Of a DNA stretch of 64,000 bases, positions 19,229 to 29,715 are shown in pieces; the first letter of the stretch is position 1; each line of letters opens with the position of its first letter. This DNA comes from a virus: IMG/VR virus record IMGVR_UViG_3300029760_000001. One strand, given 5' to 3'. Made by a program: the position numbers and the translations under genes. The notes beneath the pieces are model-generated. The model was not told where the DNA came from. It did not search any database and saw only the letters and a list, made by a program, of their open reading frames with translations.

Positions 19229-20308
19229 ATGACTGCATTAGAGATTAAGGAATACATTCAGAAAAATGGAAAAATACCTTATGTCTTAGAAAGCATTGGG
19301 TGTAGCAATATAGTATATCATGATAACAAGGATTATTATAGCTGCTCTAATGCGGTGGGTGGTGACTGTAACAATCCAGCCGCCATCAATATAAGAAATA
19401 ATAAATATCTGAATTATCGAAATTATACCAGAGGAGTTGAATATGACGATGGTAAGGATTTAATTTCTTTAGTTCAGTATAATAAAAATATTGATTTTGC
19501 AAATGCAATGAAATATCTTCATAAACTTTTAGGATTGAAAAATTTATACAAAGTAAAAGAGGAGAAGAAAAAGCCGGATGATTCATGGTTCGTGTTCTCA
19601 AGATTTGTGGTTAAGCGTAGGAAATGTGTCGTAAATGATTTTGATCCTATGAGTGAAGATATTTTAAATGATTTTGTTCCATATATTCATATTGATTTAT
19701 TTCGCGAAGGGATTGTAAAACGAACAATTAAAAAATTTGGACTTGGATATTCGTATAGATGGAAGAGAACAATATTTCCAATTAGATATTGGCTAGATGG
19801 AACTCTGATGGGATATAATGCCAGAAGTTCTATCGAAAATTGTTCTGAATTTGGAATATCAAAGTACTTTATAACACCTGGGATGCGAAAAGAAATTAAT
19901 ATATATGGATTGTGGGAAAATTATAAAGATATTCAGAAAGCAGGATATATTGTTATATTCGAAGCCGAGAAATCTGTTCTTAAAAGAGATAGCAGAATGG
20001 ATCCAACCGGCGGTGCAATTGAAGGCCATGTACTTTCAGATGAGCAGGTGCGAATTATACTTGGCATCGGAGTAGAAGAAGTTATTATCGCGATGGATAA
20101 TGATGTTCCAATAGAAGAGGTCTGGAATATGTGTGAGAAGTTTTACGGACTACGCAAAGTTAGCTACATTCGTGATAAATGGAAACTGCTTGGCCCAAAG
20201 GACTCACCTGCAGATGCGCCAAATAAGATATACAACTTCCTATTTAAATGGAGAATTCCTTATGATGAAAGTAAACACAGAGAATATTTAAAGAGTTTGA
20301 AAAAATAG
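19229..20308 (+). CDS. DNA primase (zinc-binding + TOPRIM)
   Basis: N-terminal Cys/His cluster CSNIVYHDNKDYYSCSNAVGGDC. The TOPRIM region is IVIFEAEKSVLK...IIAMDNDVP (E...DxD). Confidence 0.55.
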   Translation: MTALEIKEYIQKNGKIPYVLESIGCSNIVYHDNKDYYSCSNAVGGDCNNPAAINIRNNKYLNYRNYTRGVEYDDGKDLISLVQYNKNIDFANAMKYLHKLLGLKNLYKVKEEKKKPDDSWFVFSRFVVKRRKCVVNDFDPMSEDILNDFVPYIHIDLFREGIVKRTIKKFGLGYSYRWKRTIFPIRYWLDGTLMGYNARSSIENCSEFGISKYFITPGMRKEINIYGLWENYKDIQKAGYIVIFEAEKSVLKRDSRMDPTGGAIEGHVLSDEQVRIILGIGVEEVIIAMDNDVPIEEVWNMCEKFYGLRKVSYIRDKWKLLGPKDSPADAPNKIYNFLFKWRIPYDESKHREYLKSLKK

Positions 20309-21490
20309 TTGAGATTAAGCTATGAAGAACTGCAGAAGATGTGCGAGGCACTTGGAGTCGATAGACTCAATTCATGGAGCCGTGTAAACTGCGTACACAA
20401 TGGTCTCTATGAGTATTTTTTGAAGTATGTATTACATAAAAAAGAGGATCGTGATGATTCTATTTATAAAGTAACTGGCGGTATTAGTCATGATATTATA
20501 GAGCGATTTTATACTGAAGAATTATCTTATGAAAAAATGGCTGAAGAGTTTGACGAAGGATGGATGATGGCATTTGATATTGCTGATCTAAAATTTGTTC
20601 GTGGAGATGGTGCCAGAAACAATAGTATTGCAACTAAGTATTATTATGATTTGAAAAATTTCTTTGAGACACACGAGAAGATTACTGATCATATTGATAT
20701 TGAAAAGTTTGTAACCGTAAAGGTTGGTGATGAATATTACCAGGGGTATATTGACGCTCTGGTGACAGATGAAAATGGTAATTATACTATATTAGATTGG
20801 AAGACAAGCAGCATATATAAAGGAGATAAAGCGAAAAATGAATGTGGGCAGTTGGTAATGTACTCTCTGGCTTTACATCAGATGGGAATTCCGTTTGAAA
20901 AGATCAAAATTGCATGGAACTTCCTTAAATATCAGTGTGTAACTGTTCAATCTAAAAAAGGCGTAAAGAAAGTAAGAGAAATCGAACGCTTTGAGCTTGG
21001 GGAGAAGCTACAGGCAAATGCAAAGATGTGGTTAAAAGAATTCGGATATGAAGAAAACATGTTGGAGTATCTGGATAAATTAGCTCAAACAAATGATATT
21101 ACCTGTCTTCCACCGGAAGTACAGGAGAAATATGAATTGCATGATTGTTATGTATATGTTGACTTAACTCCGGAGCTGATTCAGTATTGGGAAAATTTTA
21201 TTATCAATACTATGAAAATGATTCGTGATAAAGAAGCTACATATGCGGAACTAAAGGCAGCAGGAAAATATGATGAAGCAGATAAACTTTGGTGGGAAGA
21301 TGAAGAGAGTCTAAAAAAGCAAAGTTATTATCTTACGAATTTGTGTGGTTATTCCACTAAACTTTATAAACCGTTAAAAGCTTATCTTGATGCTCAAGAT
21401 GCAAAGAAAAATGGAGATATTTTGGGTACGAAAAATAAGCAGGATGAAGAATACGACATTGATAACTTAGATTGGCTTAACGATTTATAA
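20309..21490 (+). CDS. PD-(D/E)xK family exonuclease (Cas4/RecB-like fold)
   Basis: YIDALVTDENGNYTILDWKTS is a D...D/E-x-K nuclease core. Apparent TTG start. Confidence 0.45.
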   Translation: MRLSYEELQKMCEALGVDRLNSWSRVNCVHNGLYEYFLKYVLHKKEDRDDSIYKVTGGISHDIIERFYTEELSYEKMAEEFDEGWMMAFDIADLKFVRGDGARNNSIATKYYYDLKNFFETHEKITDHIDIEKFVTVKVGDEYYQGYIDALVTDENGNYTILDWKTSSIYKGDKAKNECGQLVMYSLALHQMGIPFEKIKIAWNFLKYQCVTVQSKKGVKKVREIERFELGEKLQANAKMWLKEFGYEENMLEYLDKLAQTNDITCLPPEVQEKYELHDCYVYVDLTPELIQYWENFIINTMKMIRDKEATYAELKAAGKYDEADKLWWEDEESLKKQSYYLTNLCGYSTKLYKPLKAYLDAQDAKKNGDILGTKNKQDEEYDIDNLDWLNDL

Positions 21491-21499
21491 GGAGATAAA

Positions 21500-24400
21500 A
21501 TGGGACAGTATACTATTTATCATTGCCACTCAAACCGTTCTCTTCTTGATAGTTGTACTGGTTATAAAGAATATGCAGACCGTGTATCGGAGCTAGGGTA
21601 TAAAGCCTTAGCTCTGACGGAACATGGTAATGCCTACAATTGGGTTGAAAAAAAGATGTATATCAATTCAAAAGGATTGAAATACATACACGGAGTTGAG
21701 TGTTATTTAACAGCTTCACTAGAAGAGAAGGTGAGGGACAATTATCATACAATTCTTTTGGCTAAAAACTATGAAGGTGTAAAAGAAATCAATCTTTTGA
21801 TTGATAAATCTACACAACCGGATCATAGATATTATAAACCACGTATTACATTTGAAGAATTTTTTAATATTTCAGATAATGTAATCAAGATTTCTGCTTG
21901 TTTGGCATCACCTTTGAATAAATACCCAAAGGATATCCAAAAGCAAATAGCGGAAAAGTCTGCAGCATTAAAGCAGGAACTGGCAAATAAAGTAGCTGAA
22001 CTTGAAAAACAGAAGAATGATCAAAAAGCCATGATAAAATGGTTTAAACAGTTTGATAACTTTGAAGAAGAGGAGTTACCGTGGGTAATAAACGGATGTA
22101 TTCCAGGGGATTCATATTTGCATTATATCGAAGCTCAAATTGATAAGTTGAAGCAATATTATGATAATCTGCTTGAAGAAGTTCAGCTTATGAATGTGAC
22201 AGCGAGAGAGACTTTTTATAAGTTACTGGAAACATATGATTACTATGAAATTCAGCCGCATGATTTTCCAGAGCAGAAACGATATAACGAATTTTTATAT
22301 GCTGCATCAAAACAAACAGGGAAACCTTTAATCGCCGGAACAGATACACATAGCATTGATTATTATAAAGCTGAATGCAGAAGCATTTTACAGAAAGCAA
22401 AACGTATCGAATATGCTGATGAAGATAAATTTGATCTGACATTAAAGACTTACGAAGAGTTGGTTGAAATGTTCCGTATTCAGAATTGCGATATTCCATT
22501 TGATGTGATTCTGCAGGCAATAGAGAATACAAATGTGATGGCCGATTCTGTTACTGATTTCGAACTTGATACTTCTGTAAAATATCCAAAATTATACGAC
22601 AATGAAGAGGAAGTATTAAAGAAAAGAATTTTTGATAAATTGCATGAGAAAATTGATGCAGGAATTATCAAAAAGGAAAAAATTCCAGAATACGTGAAGC
22701 GTATCAAAGAGGAAATGCGTGTATTTAAAAAGATTAATATGATTGGATTTATGCTCTTTATGTCCGAACTGGTATGTTGGTGTTGGGAAAATGGTATACC
22801 AGTTGGGCCATGTAGAGGATCTGTAGGTGGTTCTACTGTTGCATACATAACAGATATCATTGATGTTGATCCAGTTATCTGGAATACAATTTTCTCACGA
22901 TTTGCAAATGAAGATCGTGAAGAGGTTGGAGATATCGATCTTGATATTTCACCAGATCAGCGAGAATTAGTTTACAATCACATCATTGAGTCATTTGGAT
23001 ATGATAAGACAGCGTATATTCTTGCTATCGGAACCGTATCTGATAAAGGCACTATTGATGAGATCGGGCGAGCTTTAGATATCCCGCTTGATGAGGTTGC
23101 GCATATCAAGGAGATGTATAGTGCCTATAAAGATACAATTGAATCAACCGGAAAAAGAATCAAAGAAATCGAGGATATGATTCATTTCGATGAAATTAAA
23201 CAGGCAGATAAAGAATCAGAATATTATGGCTTACGTCGTGATTATGAAAATAAGATAACTGAGCATGATAAGGCTATAAAACATATGAATGATCTAAAAA
23301 ATAATCAATATAGACAGTTGTTCTATTATTTTGATGGAATTAATGGCACTCCGGTTTCTCAGTCAATTCATCCGGCAGGCATTGTAGTTTCTCCGGTAAC
23401 ACTTCCAGACAACTATGGAACGTTTTGGAATGATGGAAAACGTATTATGTGTATTAATATGGAAGAAATTCATGATGGTGCCGGTCTTGTTAAATACGAT
23501 TTACTTGGCCTAAAGAATCTGGAAATTATTCGAAAGTGCTATGAATATGCCGGACTTCCATATCCAAAATCACATCAGATTAACTGGAATGATAAGAAGG
23601 TATGGAATGATATTGTTCTTTGTCCTGCTGGCGTATTTCAGTTCGAATCGCCATATGCATATGAAATGCTCAAGAATTACGGCCCACAATGTATCAACGA
23701 TTTATCAATGATAAATGCGTCACTAAGACCATCTGGGGCTTCATATCGAGATAGGCTACTGGCAGGTGAAACAAATAAAAATCCATCACCACTTATTGAT
23801 GAATTGCTGAAAGATAATAGAGGATTTCTTATTTTTCAGGAGGATGTAATTGCATTTCTTCAAAAGATATGTGGTTTAAGTGGATCTGAAGCAGATAATG
23901 TAAGACGTGCGATTGGTCGTAAGCAAATGGGTCGATTACAAAAAGCACTTCCGAGTATTCTGAAGGGATATTGTAAAATGTCTCCGCAGCCTCAAGATGT
24001 CGCAGAGGAAGAAGCTAAGACGTTCCTTAAAATCATTGAAGATTCATCTAATTATATGTTTGGATACAACCATTCAACAGGCTATTCTATGATTGGTTAC
24101 ATGTGTGCATTCTGTAGGTATTATTATCCAGAAGAATTCATTGCTGCATATTTAAACTGTGCAAACAATACAGACGATATTCTGATGGGGACTGAATTGG
24201 CGAAGATAAAGAACATTGAGATAAAAAATATCAAGTTCCGAAAATCCGGCGCCGAATATACCGTAGATAAAGCGAATCATGCATTATATAAGGGTATTGC
24301 ATCAATTAAATTCTGTAATGCTCAAATAGCAGATGATCTTCTTGAGCTAGCAACGAATCGATATAACAATTTTACAGAAGTTCTGGCGGATGTAAATACA

Positions 24401-25009
24401 AAAACATCTGTGAATTCAAGACAGTTAACGATTCTTATTGGATTAAATTATTTCGAGGAGTTTGGAAAAAATCAGTATTTGATGCAAGTAACGGATCTTT
24501 ATAATAAATTTGCTACATGCAAAATTATCAGTAAAAAGAAATTGGAAGATCTTGGACTGACTGAGTATCTGATGAAAAAATATGCCGGAAAAGAAACTGC
24601 TTCTCAATATAGGGATTTGGATAATACAGGGCTTATAGCTGAGTTATCTAGTCGTTTAGAAAATAAAGCAATGTCTGTCATTGATCAGGTAAAATTCGAA
24701 AAGGAATATCTTCAGTATATTGTATATGTAAATCCAAAAGTAAATCAATGTTTTTACGTCGTGACAGATTATAAAACATTCAAGGAAGTCAGAAAACCAT
24801 ATTGTGTATTACATAATATTAAAACCGGAGAGGATGTAAAAGCAAGAGTAACCAGTATAAAAGTATATCAGGATAATCCATTTGGTGAATTTTCTATTTT
24901 GAAAGTTCCACACTTTACAAAGAAAAAGAAGAAAAAATGTGTGAATGGAACATGGCAGGAAACAGACGAACTTGAAAATATACTTGATGAATATGAAGTA
25001 ATTAAATAG
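21500..25009 (+). CDS. dnaE: DNA polymerase III alpha subunit (DnaE/PolC-type, N-terminal PHP domain)
   Basis: The PHP motif YTIYHCHSNRSLLDSC...ALTEHGN and the Pol III alpha core (GPCRGSVGGSTVAYITDIIDVDP, FESPYAYEML) in 1169 aa. Confidence 0.85.
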   Translation: MGQYTIYHCHSNRSLLDSCTGYKEYADRVSELGYKALALTEHGNAYNWVEKKMYINSKGLKYIHGVECYLTASLEEKVRDNYHTILLAKNYEGVKEINLLIDKSTQPDHRYYKPRITFEEFFNISDNVIKISACLASPLNKYPKDIQKQIAEKSAALKQELANKVAELEKQKNDQKAMIKWFKQFDNFEEEELPWVINGCIPGDSYLHYIEAQIDKLKQYYDNLLEEVQLMNVTARETFYKLLETYDYYEIQPHDFPEQKRYNEFLYAASKQTGKPLIAGTDTHSIDYYKAECRSILQKAKRIEYADEDKFDLTLKTYEELVEMFRIQNCDIPFDVILQAIENTNVMADSVTDFELDTSVKYPKLYDNEEEVLKKRIFDKLHEKIDAGIIKKEKIPEYVKRIKEEMRVFKKINMIGFMLFMSELVCWCWENGIPVGPCRGSVGGSTVAYITDIIDVDPVIWNTIFSRFANEDREEVGDIDLDISPDQRELVYNHIIESFGYDKTAYILAIGTVSDKGTIDEIGRALDIPLDEVAHIKEMYSAYKDTIESTGKRIKEIEDMIHFDEIKQADKESEYYGLRRDYENKITEHDKAIKHMNDLKNNQYRQLFYYFDGINGTPVSQSIHPAGIVVSPVTLPDNYGTFWNDGKRIMCINMEEIHDGAGLVKYDLLGLKNLEIIRKCYEYAGLPYPKSHQINWNDKKVWNDIVLCPAGVFQFESPYAYEMLKNYGPQCINDLSMINASLRPSGASYRDRLLAGETNKNPSPLIDELLKDNRGFLIFQEDVIAFLQKICGLSGSEADNVRRAIGRKQMGRLQKALPSILKGYCKMSPQPQDVAEEEAKTFLKIIEDSSNYMFGYNHSTGYSMIGYMCAFCRYYYPEEFIAAYLNCANNTDDILMGTELAKIKNIEIKNIKFRKSGAEYTVDKANHALYKGIASIKFCNAQIADDLLELATNRYNNFTEVLADVNTKTSVNSRQLTILIGLNYFEEFGKNQYLMQVTDLYNKFATCKIISKKKLEDLGLTEYLMKKYAGKETASQYRDLDNTGLIAELSSRLENKAMSVIDQVKFEKEYLQYIVYVNPKVNQCFYVVTDYKTFKEVRKPYCVLHNIKTGEDVKARVTSIKVYQDNPFGEFSILKVPHFTKKKKKKCVNGTWQETDELENILDEYEVIK

Positions 25010-25017
25010 GTGTAAAT

Positions 25018-27315
25018 ATGAGTAAAAAAGAAGTGAAATTTAATTGTAAAATCGTAAAGCGTATGTATAATTCAGAGAATTACAAGATTTATGCTACATA
25101 CGTAGATAAAAAAGAGTTTCCTAATATTAAGCATAATAAATATGATAACGTCACTATTTATGGAGACGTACATAATTTGGTAGTTTCACAGTCGTATGAA
25201 GTTACGGCTGTGGAGCAGCTTGATAATAAGTATGGATATGGATACGATATTGTAAATATACGGATGGATAAACCCAAGAATGAGGAAGAAGTCTATATGT
25301 TCTTAAGAGAAATTTTAACTGAGAACCAGGCAGGAGTACTTTGGCAGCATTATCCGGATATTATTGATATTATTTTAAGAGGAGAAGCAGATACCGTTGA
25401 TTTGGATAAATTAAAAGGTATTGGCGAAAAAACGTTTGAAACTATTAAGACAAAAATAATTGAGAATTATTGTATCTATGACTTAGTAGTTGAATTTGGT
25501 GGAATTCTTACAATGTCTATGCTGAAAAAACTATACGATGAATTTAAATCAATTCCCAAAATGAAACAGGAATTGAGAAAACGACCATATAAATCATTAA
25601 CCAAAATATCTGGGGTAGGTTTTATTAAGGCAGATAGTATTCTTTTAGAATTGCAGCGATTGGGTAAAATTGATTTTCCTTTTGAATTAAAATCATCCGC
25701 TCAAAGATGTGCTGCTTGTATGGAGTATTATTTGGAGGAGAATCAAAAAGAAGGAAATACTAAAATGGATCTGCGCGATCTCAGAAAACAGGTTGTAAGA
25801 CTTGTTCCTGCTTGTTCATCACATTATGTTGAATGTTTAAAGGATCCAGATATTTATTATAACAAAGATACTTTTGAAGTAGCATTAAAAATCACACATG
25901 ATACTGAATGTCAAATAGCAGCTTCATTATTCGTAGCAAACTTAAAACCTAAAATATGGGATTTTGATTGGAAAAGTTACCAGACAGCAGGAGAATATCA
26001 TTTAACTGACGAACAAACCAGTGCATTGGAATGTATATGTAACAATAATATTATGATATTAAATGGCTTTGCAGGATCTGGTAAAAGTGCTACTTCTGCA
26101 ATGATCATCAAAATGCTAGAGGATAATAGTATCTCATATACCTTGATGGCTCCAACAGGACGCGCTGCAAAAGTATTGAGTGATTATACTGGCAGGCCAG
26201 CGGCTACAATTCATCGTGGATTAGGATATATGCCAAAGAATAGATGGGGATATAATAGCGAATACCAATTACCATTTGATGTTGTTCTTGTAGATGAATT
26301 TTCAATGACAGATATATTCCTGTTCTTACATTTATGTGAAGCAATTGATTTTAGTAGAACAAAACTTATTGTTGTAGGAGATTCCGCACAGCTTCCATCC
26401 GTTGGGCCAGGAAATTTGCTTTATGATATGATTAATTCATTTGTTATACCTACAATAACTTTAAATCAGATTTTTAGATACGCTGAAGGCGGATTGATGA
26501 AAGTCGCTACGGATGTTAGAAATATGAAACCATATTTATACGATTTGAATAATGGTATAGCAAAATTTGGGAACGATTATACATTCATTAATGCAAATAA
26601 TGAACAATCAATAAAATGTGCAATTAGTTTGTACCAAAAACTTCTTACCAAATATTCTTCCGAAGACATTCTTGTTTTATCTGCTTTTAATAAAGGAGAT
26701 TGTGGCACTATTGTAATTAATAATTCGATTCAAAAAATTGCAAATCCAAATTATGGGTCAGAAAAATGTATCAAATCTGGAGACACGACATATTATGTTA
26801 GAGATATAGTTATTCAGATAAAAAACAATTATGAAGCAGAAGTAGATATGGGTGATATGAAGATAGAAAATGCTAATCCTAGAGAATATTCTGTTGATAC
26901 AACATTTATTCCTAATGGTATGTTAGGAAAGATCGTTGATATTTATGACGAAACTATCCCATATACAAACGAACATAAAACTGGTGCGATTATTGATTTT
27001 GACGGTGTTAGAGTAAAATATGAAAAATCAGAAATGTCAATGTTATTATTGGGATATGCAATTTCTATTCATAAAAGCCAGGGAGGAAGTGCTAAAGTGA
27101 CAATTACACTTACGCCATCTTGTCATGCATACATGATGAATTCTAATTTATTATATGTGGCATTGACACGTACAAAAGAAAAAAGTTTTCATATTGGCGA
27201 TAAAGATACTGTAAACAGAGCAACTAAAAAGAAGGAGAACTTTAAGAGGAACACTTTCTTATTAGATGTATTAAAGAAAATAAAAATTAAATTAAACAAA
27301 AAGGAGAACAAATGA
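25018..27315 (+). CDS. RecD-like SF1 DNA helicase
   Basis: Walker A GFAGSGKSATSAM, Walker B VLVDEFSMTD, and C-terminal ISIHKSQGGSAKVTI...LYVALTRTKEK (UvrD_C_2). Confidence 0.8.
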   Translation: MSKKEVKFNCKIVKRMYNSENYKIYATYVDKKEFPNIKHNKYDNVTIYGDVHNLVVSQSYEVTAVEQLDNKYGYGYDIVNIRMDKPKNEEEVYMFLREILTENQAGVLWQHYPDIIDIILRGEADTVDLDKLKGIGEKTFETIKTKIIENYCIYDLVVEFGGILTMSMLKKLYDEFKSIPKMKQELRKRPYKSLTKISGVGFIKADSILLELQRLGKIDFPFELKSSAQRCAACMEYYLEENQKEGNTKMDLRDLRKQVVRLVPACSSHYVECLKDPDIYYNKDTFEVALKITHDTECQIAASLFVANLKPKIWDFDWKSYQTAGEYHLTDEQTSALECICNNNIMILNGFAGSGKSATSAMIIKMLEDNSISYTLMAPTGRAAKVLSDYTGRPAATIHRGLGYMPKNRWGYNSEYQLPFDVVLVDEFSMTDIFLFLHLCEAIDFSRTKLIVVGDSAQLPSVGPGNLLYDMINSFVIPTITLNQIFRYAEGGLMKVATDVRNMKPYLYDLNNGIAKFGNDYTFINANNEQSIKCAISLYQKLLTKYSSEDILVLSAFNKGDCGTIVINNSIQKIANPNYGSEKCIKSGDTTYYVRDIVIQIKNNYEAEVDMGDMKIENANPREYSVDTTFIPNGMLGKIVDIYDETIPYTNEHKTGAIIDFDGVRVKYEKSEMSMLLLGYAISIHKSQGGSAKVTITLTPSCHAYMMNSNLLYVALTRTKEKSFHIGDKDTVNRATKKKENFKRNTFLLDVLKKIKIKLNKKENK

Positions 27316-28079
27316 AGTCAGAATTATTTCAGAATGAATTAAAAACGATTCAATCAGACGATATCCGTGATTTTGCAAAAGTTGTCTTGGATGATGCTCC
27401 TGACTATTTTTTCAAGGTTGCGGCGAGTTCTACAGGTAAATATCACCCGGCATATGCGCTGGGTGATGGAGGTCTTATGCGGCACACGAAAGCAGTATTA
27501 AGAATCTATAATTATATTGTAGGGTTAGAGCAGTATCCATTTGGAGAAAGAGTAATAGATTTAGGTCGAGTCGCATGTTTAGCACATGATATTCAAAAAT
27601 CCGGGACAGAAGAATATTATAATGAAAAGTTAAAAGATGGGAAAAAAGTATTCACTGTATTTAACCATCCTTTATTGGCAGCAGAATATATTCGTAATTA
27701 TAAAGGAATGTATTTAGAAGATGATGATCTGGAAGATATTGCCAGACTTATCGAAACGCATATGGGGCAGTGGAATACTGATAAGCGTGAAAATATTATC
27801 TTGCCTAAACCCAAAAGCGAAGTAGAGAAGATTGTGCATTTAGCAGATTATCTGGCTTCTAGAAAGGATATTGATATTTCTTTTAAAGAGGATGTTAATG
27901 CATATGACTTGCCGGATATTGAAACATATAAATGTCCGTATAAGAAACATAAGGATGAATTACTGGTAGACGTTGCAAAGACAGACCCTGAATATCTGGA
28001 ATGGTTATCTGAGAATGTTAATATGAGAGAACCTATGAAAACATTTGTAAATGAACTTTTAAAAAGCAAAACAAATTAA
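27312..28079 (+). CDS. HD-domain phosphohydrolase
   Basis: H...HD pattern (KYHPAYALGD...CLAHDIQKSG...HLADYLAS). Confidence 0.6.
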   Translation: MKSELFQNELKTIQSDDIRDFAKVVLDDAPDYFFKVAASSTGKYHPAYALGDGGLMRHTKAVLRIYNYIVGLEQYPFGERVIDLGRVACLAHDIQKSGTEEYYNEKLKDGKKVFTVFNHPLLAAEYIRNYKGMYLEDDDLEDIARLIETHMGQWNTDKRENIILPKPKSEVEKIVHLADYLASRKDIDISFKEDVNAYDLPDIETYKCPYKKHKDELLVDVAKTDPEYLEWLSENVNMREPMKTFVNELLKSKTN

Positions 28080-28093
28080 ATTAACTTTTACTA

Positions 28094-28122
28094 TTGACAT
28101 CATAAGCCTATGGTGCTATTAT
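28094..28122 (+). promoter_or_regulatory. Sigma-A-type promoter (TTGACA, 17 nt spacer, TATTAT/TATAAT) preceded by AAATTAAATTAACTTT box
   Basis: Third copy of the box-plus-promoter arrangement. A second box (28138-28152) and an RBS follow. Confidence 0.5.
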
Positions 28123-28170
28123 AATGACACAGGGAAAACAAATTAAATTAACTCAAGGAGACATGTAGAC

Positions 28171-28923
28171 ATGAAAGTAACCCTTACAGAAATGCACTCA
28201 ATTAGAGATGCAATCAGAACAATGTACATGAGCAAAAGAACATGGAATGAAGAGATAGAGCAGCAGCTCAAAGAAATGGTAGATCATTGCACAGATCGTT
28301 ATGGAAGGCCATTAGATCTGCCAGAGGATGATGAATTAAAAATTAAATTCGACAAAGAAGTAGCAAAACTTCTTAAATGGGGACAAAAGCATATCACAAT
28401 GCTGCGATTTGAAGATATTTCAGTTGTTGTAGAAGGTCTTCATAGAGGAGCAACTGACGATCTTGATTCCCACGCAAAGAGAATGGATAACAGAATTATT
28501 CGTAGCAGTACAAGGCTTGCAGATTACCATGAAGGAGAAGTTTCTGAATGGTACGAAGATAAAATTATCACATGGGATGAAGTATTAAAATATCTTGGTA
28601 CGAAAATTCCTGGTGAGATTAGTTATTATGGTGATACTTATGTAAGGTCAAATAATGGTTTCATTAAAAAAGGATTAGAAAATAATAAAGATGTAAAACG
28701 TGGTTTATATCCACTGGCGATTCCCATGAATTTTACTTTCAAAATAAATATTACTGAATTAGCGCATATTTATGTTGAGAGAGGATCAAAAGATGGTGGC
28801 GCTCATGGAACAGCTGCTCCGGAGCTTCAAATCATGATTGAAGATTTAATTAATCAGATTGAGTCTTGGTATCCGGGAATTAATAGAGAATTACTTTTAA
28901 AGATTGCGAGCAATAATGTATGA
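28171..28923 (+). CDS. hypothetical protein, possibly divergent ThyX-like (weak)
   Basis: LHRGATDDLDSHAKR...IIRSSTRLADY loosely resembles the ThyX RHRx7S...S.R motif. It sits in the nucleotide-metabolism block. Confidence 0.3.
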   Translation: MKVTLTEMHSIRDAIRTMYMSKRTWNEEIEQQLKEMVDHCTDRYGRPLDLPEDDELKIKFDKEVAKLLKWGQKHITMLRFEDISVVVEGLHRGATDDLDSHAKRMDNRIIRSSTRLADYHEGEVSEWYEDKIITWDEVLKYLGTKIPGEISYYGDTYVRSNNGFIKKGLENNKDVKRGLYPLAIPMNFTFKINITELAHIYVERGSKDGGAHGTAAPELQIMIEDLINQIESWYPGINRELLLKIASNNV

Positions 28924-29150
28924 ATGTATATTTTGCAAACGGAACTAATATTGTAGTTGGATGCGATAATGAAAAAGATAGTTATTATTTTTGCCAGAAA
29001 GATGGTAATGAGTGCTGCAAGAAAGATACTTGCAAAAGATTTCTTGATTCAGATGGCAATGTAAGCACAAGACTTTTTAAGATTATGTGTAATGATGAAA
29101 ATCATCACATCTTATATATACCGGAAAGGAATGAAACAAATAATGCATAA
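28920..29150 (+). CDS. small Cys-rich protein
   Basis: 76 aa with CDNEKDSYYFCQKDGNECCKKDTCKRF. Confidence 0.3.
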   Translation: MNVYFANGTNIVVGCDNEKDSYYFCQKDGNECCKKDTCKRFLDSDGNVSTRLFKIMCNDENHHILYIPERNETNNA

Positions 29151-29715
29151 AAAGTTAGTATTTTTATTTATTGGAAGAACCGCTTCTGGTAAATCATCAC
29201 TTGCAAGATATATATGCGAGACATTAGGACTTCGACAGGTAAAAAGCATTACAACAAGACTGCCGCGCAAAGATGAAATAACAGGATATGAAGATCATTA
29301 CTTTGTATCTGAGAGTGAATTCGATGAAATTAAATTTAAAGAAGGCTTTGTAGCGTATACTGAAATTAACGGAATTAAATATGGCACTACATATAATGAA
29401 ATTGTGAATTCCGATATTTATGTAATTGATCCGAACGGAGCAAAGTATTTGAAAGAACATTGCAAAGATGAATTTAAATTTATCGAGATTTATTTTTCTT
29501 CACCATTTGAATTAGCAAAAGACAGGTTCCTTAAAAGAGATGGATCAGAAGAAGAATTTTACTCCAGATATAACAGTGAAGATGAACAATTCACTAAATA
29601 TGAAGAAGCTGAAGGGTATGACCACTTATTTGTGAATGATATGAGCTTTTCGAAAGCTTCAGAAGCATTACGTGACTTACTTAAGAGTGAAATGGAAAAG
29701 GAGAAATCGTTATGA
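29131..29715 (+). CDS. P-loop nucleotide/nucleoside (dNMP) kinase-like protein
   Basis: Walker A FIGRTASGKSS in a protein of about 195 aa, which fits guanylate or dNMP-kinase size. The start is ambiguous (ATG at 29092, 29131 or 29143). Confidence 0.5.
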   Translation: MKQIMHKKLVFLFIGRTASGKSSLARYICETLGLRQVKSITTRLPRKDEITGYEDHYFVSESEFDEIKFKEGFVAYTEINGIKYGTTYNEIVNSDIYVIDPNGAKYLKEHCKDEFKFIEIYFSSPFELAKDRFLKRDGSEEEFYSRYNSEDEQFTKYEEAEGYDHLFVNDMSFSKASEALRDLLKSEMEKEKSL